Source of the DNA: Octopus vulgaris
Taxonomy: Eukaryota
Length of the DNA: 64,000 bases
Direction: 5' to 3'
NCBI GenBank assembly: GCA_951406725.2
Contig: OX597820.1
Coordinates: forward strand, 20,522,001 to 20,586,000
The notes under the pieces: model-generated
The model's database searches: none
What the model saw: the letters and a program-made list of their open reading frames with translations, nothing else
What the model was told of the DNA's origin: nothing
Shown: positions 54,915 to 64,000 of the stretch, in pieces
How positions within the stretch are numbered: position 1 is the first letter of the stretch
Layout: every line of letters starts with the position of its first letter
Made by a program: the position numbers and the translations under genes

Positions 54915-55134
54915 TACTCTTACCCTTTTAATTGTTTCACTCATTTGACTGCGGCCATGCTGGAGCACTGTCTTTTAATCGAGCAAATCGACCCCAGGAC
55001 TTATTCTAATTAAGCCTAGTACATATTCTATCGATTTCTTTTGCCGATCTGCTAAGTTACAGGGACGTGAACACACCAGCATCGGTTGTCAAGCGATGTT
55101 GGGGGGACAAACACAAACTCAAACATACGCACAC

Positions 55135-55201
<67 letters not shown>

Positions 55202-55370
55202 CATACATATATACGACGGGCTTCTTTCAGTTTCCATCTACCAAATCCACTCACAAGGCGTTGGTCGGCCCGAGGCTATAGTAGAAGACACTTGCCCAAG
55301 ATGCCACGCAGTGGGACTGAACCCGGAACCATGTGGTTGGCAAGCAAGCTAGTTACCACACAGCCACTGT
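54915..55370 (-). mobile_element. SINE family A, full length
   Basis: Inverted relative to 54143-54530. Confidence 0.85.
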
Positions 55371-55950
55371 TGAGATAGTTGACAACTTCCACGTTCTAGT
55401 CAGGTTATGGAAAGCACCAGTGTTCACAAGAAGTGATTAGAAGCTAAGGATTATAAACCAACGAATTTCTCGTTTTACCGTTCCTGTCATGTTTTTTTTT
55501 AAATCTTAAAATAATATTTATTCCTTTACCTTAGCAAAAGGTCACTGATCCGAATGAGAAGAGCATCTTCGGTTAAACCGCTCCAGAACATGACTGATAT
55601 TTGCTTAATAAACCTACAGGTGGATGAAAACGGAAAGTCGACCTTAGAGTTTATTTAAGCGTTTACTTTCGCTTTCGTTCAAAAGGAAAGGCCGATGGGC
55701 ATGTTCGGTTCACGTGCACTAAAATTAATGTAGAGTCGAATGATAATCATGATCCACGTGCTGGTAACAGTATTAGCCGTTGTTATTGGTGTTCCTTTTC
55801 ATTTCATTCTCGTTCTTATTGTTGCTGTTAAACTGGCGATGATGAAAGTTTTCGTATTTATTAACATTTCTTTTGTTTGTTTAACAACAATAACATTACA
55901 ATTAATTTCGAATATATATCAAGTTTCCCAAATACCTCATTTTGTTTGTA

Positions 55951-56247
55951 TTGGGTTGTCCGTAAAGTTCGTGCCGATTTATAATTGCTGCAGCTCGGTT
56001 GGAATGTGTTACTCCACCTTCCATATTTACCAGATATTGCTCCTTCGGATTTCCATTTAATTCAGGTCTCTGCAGAATAGTCTTAATGGTAAAAATTTCA
56101 ATTCCTTGGATGACGTAAAAAGATACCTTGATGGATTCTTTGCCATGAAACCACCTCAATTCTGGGAATAGGATATTTTCAAGTTAAAGGAAAGATGGAG
56201 ACACATTGTGCGACAAAATAGTTCATATGTGGTTGATTAAAAATGTA
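55951..56247 (+). mobile_element. Third, further deleted copy of the non-autonomous mariner
   Basis: Left TIR TTGGGTTGTCCGTAAAGTTCGTGCCGATTT followed by the HLPYLPDIAPSDFHL segment; right TIR absent. Confidence 0.85.
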
Positions 56248-56589
56248 CGCTCAGTTATTTGTTACTCAATTTACCTTTCTTTTAGATTATACAACTACCC
56301 ACCGCCCGCCCGCCTCGTCTTCCTCCAACACCTTACGATTGCTGGAGCGCCGTCAGATTGTATGCTATAACAGAGACTAACATTGTTATAGTGGTGGCGT
56401 TGACAGCGATGATGGCAATATTATCTAACATCAACAATAATATCTATTGGTGGTGGTGTTAGTGATGACGATGGTGGCGATATTATCTAACAAGAATGAC
56501 ACTTATTGGTTCGTGCTGATGTTTGTAGTGATGATAATGCTTATAGCAGTTGTATTAACGACAACAGTAGTACTTATTGGTGGTGATAA

Positions 56590-56621
<32 letters not shown>

Positions 56622-56716
56622 TAGCATTATTTAACAGTAACAATACTATTGGTGTTAAGGGTGATAGCGATGGGGCTACATTATTCAACAACTATTGTAC
56701 AACTATTGTAATCATT

Positions 56717-57020
56717 GTGGAGGCGCAATGGCCCAGTGGTTAGGGCAGCGGACTCGCGGTCGGCGGATCGTGGTTTCGATTCCCAGACCGGGCGTTGTGT
56801 GTGTTTATTGAGCGAAAACACCTAAAGCTCCACGAGGCTCCGACAGGGGGTGGTGGGGACCCCTGTTGTACTCTTTCGCCCCAACTTTCTCTCACTGTTT
56901 CTTGGGTAACGCTGCGATGGACTTGCGACCCGTCCAGCTGGGGGGAAACACATACGTCACAGAAGCCGGGAAACCGGGCTCATGTGTCTGGCTAGGCTTG
57001 AAAAGGGAGCATAAATGAAA
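56717..57020 (+). mobile_element. SINE family C
   Basis: Similarity to 4922-5225. Confidence 0.85.
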
Positions 57021-58027
57021 TAAATTGTACACATTGCTGGTTATGATGGTGATGATGATGATGATAACAATATTTATTAATGTTGTTGATTGTAATACTG
57101 ATGGTTATAATGGTTGTATTGTTTAACAACATCAATAGTATTCATTGGCGGTGATGGTTGCAATGACGATGTTGCTGTGTTATTTAACAACAATAATAGT
57201 TCTTGTAGGGGGTGTTGGCTGTGATGGTGATGGTGATCGTTAAGGTGGTTGGATTACTTGGAGATGTTGTTGGTGATGGCGGCTGCATCATTTAACCGCA
57301 ACAATTGTATTTACTGGCATTGTTGGTATCGTTAATCGTCCGGGTTATTTTTGGGTGATAATGAAGATGATAGGAGTTGTACACGCGTAAAAGAAATGGC
57401 TGACAATAGGCTGCTGGTGTGTCAGATAGTCCTGGTCTTCAAAGACCGTCTGGAGGCCGTCTAAAAATAGATCCACTCGTCACCACCTCCTGTTCTTTCG
57501 GGAAGGGGTAGGAGGTAAAGGACCCTCCCTTCTACTCGGATGAGAAAGGAGACAACAACTGCTGGTTCATTTTCTGGTGGCTGATTGATAAATTCGTTCA
57601 TTCATTTATTTATTCATTCAGGTAAATGCTTTACAATGAGAGTTCGTTCTATGACGCCTACAAAGGTAACGAACAATACCGACACAGCGACGGACAACAG
57701 CTGCTTGATTCAAATCAAACATTTCATTCATAATGATACATTCTGATGCGTATTCAGACTTTCAATCACAATAGTAATGCCGGGGTTAGTAGGTGGTGAG
57801 ACTGAAAAGCCCTAACAAGAATACTCATGTAGAATCTTTAAAAAATGTGCAGAAAAATCACGTGTATGACCTAAACGTTGCGGTGATTCTATACCAATCA
57901 ATATGACTGCTTATATATTATTAGTTACATTGTAGGGTGGGGGCATTAGGAAAAAAATCTTTATGATTTCTTTAATATTATTACATAACTATCGCACTAA
58001 TATATTGTTTGTATAATTTTATATATT

Positions 58028-58257
58028 CTTCTTTATTGCCCACAAGGGGCTAAAGATAGAGGGGACAAACAAGGACAGACAAACGGATAAAGTCGATTAC
58101 ATCGACCCCAGTGCGTAACTGGTACTTAATTTATCGACCCCGAAAGGATGAAAGGCAAAGTCGACCTCGGCGGAATTTGAACTCAGAACGTAACGACAGA
58201 CGAAATACAGCTAAGCGTTTCGCCCGACGTGCTAACGGTTCTGCCAGCTCGCCGCCT
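58028..58257 (-). mobile_element. SINE family B clean monomer (head+core+tail-1)
   Basis: Defines the ~230-bp unit length. Confidence 0.85.
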
Positions 58258-58299
58258 TTTGTTTGTATAATTTTATATACTTGTAGAATGGTATTGTTT

Positions 58300-58709
58300 A
58301 GCACTCGATTAACCATTAAGCAAAATAAGCACGTGCTTAGGGCATCGAGGGAAGGGGTGCTCCACAAAATGGTAAATGGTCTACGGCAAAAAAAAATCAC
58401 TTTAAGCTTGTTAAAATAATATTCGGGATACCATATCTCTACTAAGTAAGGAAACAGATGTGTTACGTAAAAATTAATTCTGTGAATTTTATATCAAAGA
58501 CTTTGTAATTAAATAATAGAAAACTTTCCAAATATAAATAAAGTGGAGGTATGAAAAAATAAACATTATATTCCATCTTACGGTTAGTCTTTGTTTCATT
58601 TTGAAAAATGAAAATATACTTTATGCTTTATCATTGTTTATATTTTGAATTATATTTATACGAGGACATCAAAATCTTTTAAGTGCTTAGGGTCTTAATC
58701 CGGCCCTGG
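58300..58709. mobile_element. Probable hAT-type MITE remnant
   Basis: Right end TTAATCCGGCCCTG, decayed left end GATTAACC, GTGCTTAGGG near both ends. Confidence 0.4.
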
Positions 58710-59394
58710 TAACGCTGATGTAGCTTTGTGATGTCTTTGTTAATAAACTTTAGTCCCGGATCAACTCTTTTCAAGTAAATCTATAATGAGAACATCCCAA
58801 ATATGACCATCACATTATATTTTTAAACAAAATATCCAGTACTATTTTATCAGTATCAAACACATACTTCCTTTCTTTTTAAGATGTACGGGTCTGGTTT
58901 GATGGAAATTTGACTATTATCTCTGGCAGGCCGATCATACTGTAGAGGCTCTTTCAGAGTATTTATTGTTTCAAATAATAATTTCAATTCCGTTAAGGTT
59001 GATTTTGCATTTCATTTTCTCCGAGAGTCGAAAAAGAAGTACGAATTAAGTACAATCGATCATATTCCATCCACCACCAGCCTCGATAAAAATATGTGTG
59101 GCCTTGACCAGCATTACAAATCATAATAGTAACTTATCATAATTATACAGCCATATGACGGTGGATTGACAAAACCGTCAGAGGGTCAGGAAAGATTCCT
59201 TCAGGTTCTATAAGCTGAGTTCGAGATCAATATGTGATCAATCGTATTGTTGTTCTTACAGAAACCCGCTTGCTTCCTCGGCTACTGGTCATCGAAATAG
59301 TTCGATAGTCTGGCGGCTATGGCCTTTGTAAACAACTTGTATAGGTGAGGTAAGAGGGAATGAAAAGCGAAGGTGTCGTGGTGCAGTACACCTT

Positions 59395-59750
59395 TAAGTT
59401 CTGAGTTCAAATTCCTCCCGAAGTCGACTTTGCTTTTCATCCTTTCGGGATCGATAAATTAAGTACCAGTTGCGTACTGTGTCGATATAATCGACTGGCT
59501 CCCTTCCCCCAAATTTCGGGCTTTGTGCTTAGAGTAGAAAAGAATATTTCTTACTATAAGGCGGAAAACTGGCGGAGTCCTTAGCACGCCGGGCAAAATA
59601 CTTCGCGTCATTTCGCCCGTCTGAATGTTCTGAGTGCAAATTCCATCGAGGTCTACTTTGACTTCATTCTTTCGGTTGAGCACTAGGATCGATGTAATCG
59701 ACTTACCCACTTCCGTGAAATTGCTGGCCTTGTGCCGAGACTTGAAATTA
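59395..59750 (+). mobile_element. Two SINE B copies with alternative tails
   Basis: Core repeats. Confidence 0.7.
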
Positions 59751-59899
59751 ATGTTTCTTACATTTCCCTTTCATTATTTCTGATCTTGTGCCAAAATTAG
59801 AAACCTTTACAATTATACATCTGGAATATGGGAAATACACAGAAATAAGAGAGTGTCTTCCTCAGTAGCTTTCGGTATGCAACTTCTATACTTTTTTTA

Positions 59900-60298
59900 A
59901 TTCTTTTTACTTGTTTCAGTCATTTGACTGCGGCCATGCTGCCGCACCGCCTTTAGTCGAGCAAATCGACTCCAGGACTTATCCTTTGTAAGCCTAGTAT
60001 TCTATCGTTATCTTTTGCCGAACCGCTAACTTATGTGAACGTAAACACACCAGCATCGATTTTCAAGCGATGTTGGGGGGAGAAACACAGACACACAAAC
60101 ACACACATATATCTATATACATATACATATATATGACGGGCTTCTTTCAGTTTCCGTCTACCAAATCCACTCACAAGGCTTTGGTCGGCCCGAGGCTATA
60201 GTAGAAGACACTTGCCGAAGGTGCCACGCAGTGGGACTGAACCCGGAACCATGTGGTTGGTAAGCAAGCTACTTACCACACAGCCACTCCTGCACCTA
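59900..60298 (-). mobile_element. SINE family A, full length
   Basis: Similarity to other copies. Confidence 0.85.
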
Positions 60299-62032
60299 TG
60301 TTGAAATCCCTCTAATAGTGGTTAAGGAATCCGGCTAGGACCATGACCAATATAAGTCAATCTAGAGCATGGAAAAGGTTTATCACCAATGCTGATGGTT
60401 GTTCTCACAGCAATTGGTTTCGGCCCTTTCTTCAGAGACTGGAGTACTGTAATACATAGTGATATCATTTGGGTGGTCAGAGTTAATGGTTACCTATCGG
60501 AACCATTCAATATCCTGTGCTGGTTGTCAATGCTATTCTCACTCAGAAACTGTCCCTATCTTGTGGACTTTGTAAAGTATTTTTTTATGATCCGGGTTCA
60601 AATCTTTGGATTCTCTGTTGCTGATCATCCATCTGGTATCGATAGATAGAGCTACAGTATAAAAAACAGTATAAAAAACATGAACATTGGTTTAAAAAAT
60701 AGATGAATACGTTAATAGATGAATAGGACATTGGTCTGTTAGTGAGCAGAGTCGTGATTGATAATTCGACAAAGCTCAGTTTAATTTCGATAAGTAATTT
60801 CTAGCTTCTTGTAATATATTGTATAAAAATTTAACTTAGGGTTACTACGACACACAAATATCTAAAAAGAAGTACATGCTCAATGGGATACTACTAGATA
60901 ATATGACAAAATCGTAGCGTGTCGGACTAAGCGGCATTTCTACCGGCTCTACATTCTGAACTAAAATTACGCCAAAATCGGCTTTATTTTTCATCATATA
61001 AGGGTCGTTAAAATAAAGAACTAGTCAGATACTAGGACCAACGTAATTAACTAACAACATCCCTTAAGATTGCTGGTCTTGTGTCAAAGTTTCAAAGCAC
61101 CAAATCAAGGGTTTATGAATATTCAGATTTTATAACAATCGAATGTCATTCTTACATATTCCTCTTAAACGAACAGATGGAAGGATTATTTCGACTTTTA
61201 GAAACAGATCTCCGTTTAATTACCCCAATAAAACAAATACTTGAATAATCATCTGCTGATGTAATCCATTTGTGAATAGTTCCCTCTTTAGGAATTAAAA
61301 TAGATGCAGTTCAAGTCCAACTCGATCAAATCGATCTATATTATAATCATCCCTGTTTATATTGTGGACAATGTACGGAAATCCTTAATTTTAATTAGTA
61401 TGAAAATGAACCCTTGATTTAATGATACAGTATTGTTGTCGTAGTTTTATGTTATTTCAATCTAAATCAAATAGATCAATGCTCAGAACCGTTTCAGCTA
61501 TGACCATCCAGTCTTATTTCCAGAGAAACCATCTTGGCCTAAGCTTTACAATGCGTTCATTTTTAATACAGTAAGACTAAGGCAGATGTTTGATTGAATC
61601 GTTAGAGCCTCTAATAAAGTGCGTTACGATATTAGCTCCAGCTATGAAGCGGTGAGTAGGCAGAATCGTTCGAACATCAAACAAAATGCCTCGCTGCATT
61701 CCTTCCCACTCTTGAGGTTAGAAGTTCAAATCCCATCAAGATCAACATTGTCTTTCATCTTTTAGGAGTCAATAAAAGAAAGTACCAGTATATACATGGG
61801 TAAATGAGATCTATTAATCCCTTCCCACAAAAGAAGGTTCCTGGCTTTGTGTCAAAATTTGAAACGATATTAATCCAGGCTTACTGCGCTCTATCAAAAT
61901 CCCATGGAAGTCAACTTTGCATTCATCCTTTTGGGGTTCAACAAAAAAAAAAAAAACCAAAAAAGATGTAAGCCGAATAAAGGTGCTGCCTTTTTTCCTT
62001 TCATGTTCCACTGAGTCAAGGGCAGTAGAGGT

Positions 62033-62196
62033 GCAGTTTTTTCTAGCGGTGTCATATGAAATAGTCACCCATAATTATGACCCTAGTATCGATCTATTGC
62101 ATTTCAATCTGTTTTAGGGTTAGGGTTAGTTAGGGTTAGGATTAGGGGTGGGGGAAGGGTATCTTTTTTTCTTCAGAAATGTAAGTAAACCCAATC
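62033..62196. mobile_element. Internal fragment of the 9969-10371 TIR element with TTAGGG-like repeats
   Basis: Reverse-complement match to ~10203-10351; TTAGGGTTAGGGTTAGTTAGGGTTAGGATTAGGGG. Confidence 0.85.
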
Positions 62197-62609
62197 GCCA
62201 CTACATAGGTGTATAAAAAGATAATCAGTGCAGACATGGTACATGATTCCGAGTCAAGTCAAACTCGATTCAGAGCGATAGCAATTGATTTAGTTTTAGG
62301 GTGAGCCTGGAGTGAGATGTGTTTATTATTTCTTACAATTCAAGGGACCTACAGTGTTTAACATTTCACGTTTTCATATTTCATTTAATTTTTGATGATG
62401 GCACACTGCATATAGATAAGAATCAATCAGGATAAAGAGGAGGAGGTGGAGAAGGTGGGGAAGAGAGGAAAGAGAAAGAGTTACGTGACGTAATGGATGT
62501 CAAAAAAAAATTAAGTTGGAATGGAGAACTGGGGGAGGTGAAAAGGAAGAAGTGAAGTGGTGAAGTTCAAGAAAAGAACGGCAAATAATATTGATGTTGA
62601 CGATCATCT

Positions 62610-62653
<44 letters not shown>

Positions 62654-63174
62654 GTAAAGATGATGGAGAACAAGAGTAAGAGGAGGGAAAGGATGATGGC
62701 GGAAGTGGTGGGTTGAGTTCCTAATACTGTTGACAAATTCGAGACAAATTCGATGTCGATTCAGATATGAAGGGAAATTGAAGGAAAGAAGAGAGGATAA
62801 ATGGCGAGGAAGAAAAAAAGAAGTGTGAAATATAGAAGACAGACAGAAAGTGATGGAGAGAAAAAAATGGTAGATGAGAAATATGAGAAAGGAGAAGAAA
62901 CTGAAGAGGATAATGAAAAAGAAGATAAAGATAAGACAAAGATAAACAGAAAATAGAAGTAAAATATTTATACGGACGAAAAAAAAAATGAAAAGAAGGA
63001 AAAAAGAACGAATAGAATTTTATGATAATGATAGCGATAAGGCTGTTGTTGCTGTTGTTGTTGTTGTTGCTGTCGTGATGGGAATGAAGAATAAGATGAA
63101 GAAGTAAAGAGGAAAAATGAAAGAAAAAGTCCTGAGAATTCATAAAATAAGAAAGAGAAAAATGTGATATAGCA

Positions 63175-63382
63175 TGACGACGACGACGACGACGAAGTAG
63201 AAGAAGAAGAAGAAGAAGAAGAAGAAGAAGAAGAAGAAGAAGAAGAAGAAGAAGAAGAAGAAGAAGAAGAAGCAGAAGAAGAAGAAGAAGAAGAAGGAGG
63301 AAAAGAAGAAGAAGAAGAAGAAGCAGAAGAAGACGAAGAAGAAGAAGAAGAAGAAGAAGAAGAAGAAGAAGAAGAAGAAGGA
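63175..63382. repeat. (GAC)/(GAA)n microsatellite
   Basis: Direct reading. Confidence 0.95.
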
Positions 63383-63921
63383 GAACCATAGCCCTTTCTT
63401 TGGAACGCCTTTTCATGCATATTGGTAAGCGATCAATGAAAACGAAATAATCAAGTGGGTGTGGTTAGGATTTGAACGTATTACAAGACGTGTACAAAGA
63501 GGGTGTCATTATGCATTCATGTCTTCAGTTATTGGTAGACGTCTGCAAGAAGGCTGACAACGAACCTGTCGCCTAAGTTCAGTAGCAGTTATTGCGTAGG
63601 CAAACCTGAAATAACGTGCAACAAGCTTAACACTAGTAGCAGTAGCGGAACATTTTTCCCAATATGATTAAATTAGATGCTACCACAGCCAATAGCAACG
63701 GTAGCAGTGGAAGTAGTAGGTGGAGGAGATGATTGAACGTCAACAGTGTTCTTAAAGCTTACCTTACTATATTCAATTTAGTGTAACTTGTGGGGGAGTT
63801 ACGTTTCTCTTTCATTAAAAGCGAGATCGATAGATCAAAGTATTTGCAATTTACTAAGGGAGCTTCCGTTAGTTATTTCCTTTCACAATACCTGTAGTTC
63901 TCACCTTTTTATAACTCAATG

Positions 63922-64000
63922 GGATCTTTTCGGTTTGAACGGCAGTTTTTTCTAGCGGTGTCATATGAAATTATCACCCATAATTATGACCCTAGCATCG
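63922..64000. mobile_element. Start of another copy of the 9969-10371 TIR element (runs off the window)
   Basis: GGATCTTTTCGGTTTGAACGGCAGTTTTTTCTAGCGGTGTCATATG. Confidence 0.9.

Noticed and set aside
62114-62150. Telomere or chromosome-fusion relic
   Set aside because: Short, degenerate, and internal to a dispersed TIR element.
62721-63420. 231-aa and 150-aa ORFs
   Set aside because: (GAA)n and purine-rich low-complexity translations.

Overview
AT-rich, repeat-dominated eukaryotic DNA with no supportable host protein-coding exon. The SINE families, microsatellite load and transposon mix suggest a coleoid cephalopod (octopus-like); this is inference from recalled repeat content. Contents: several tRNA-derived SINE families, decayed Tc1/mariner elements and MITEs, a short Helitron, a TIR element with an 8-bp TSD and telomere-like repeats, Dong/R4, L1/Tx1 and RTE LINE fragments, and a Penelope-like element (PLE, GLYRDD type) interrupted by a Dong/R4 insertion. 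Almost all listed ORFs are microsatellite or SINE translations. The most interesting signal is non-coding: between about 29.6 and 37.3 kb, and at about 4 kb, short islands inside (TA)n arrays carry type-I hammerhead ribozyme motifs. Two look largely intact (30562-30643 minus, 36754-36808 plus). Several near-perfect foldback hairpins and one terminally redundant ~490-bp unit sit with them. Together they suggest a (TA)n-associated PLE / retrozyme-like system. All structures were folded by eye and many boundaries are approximate.
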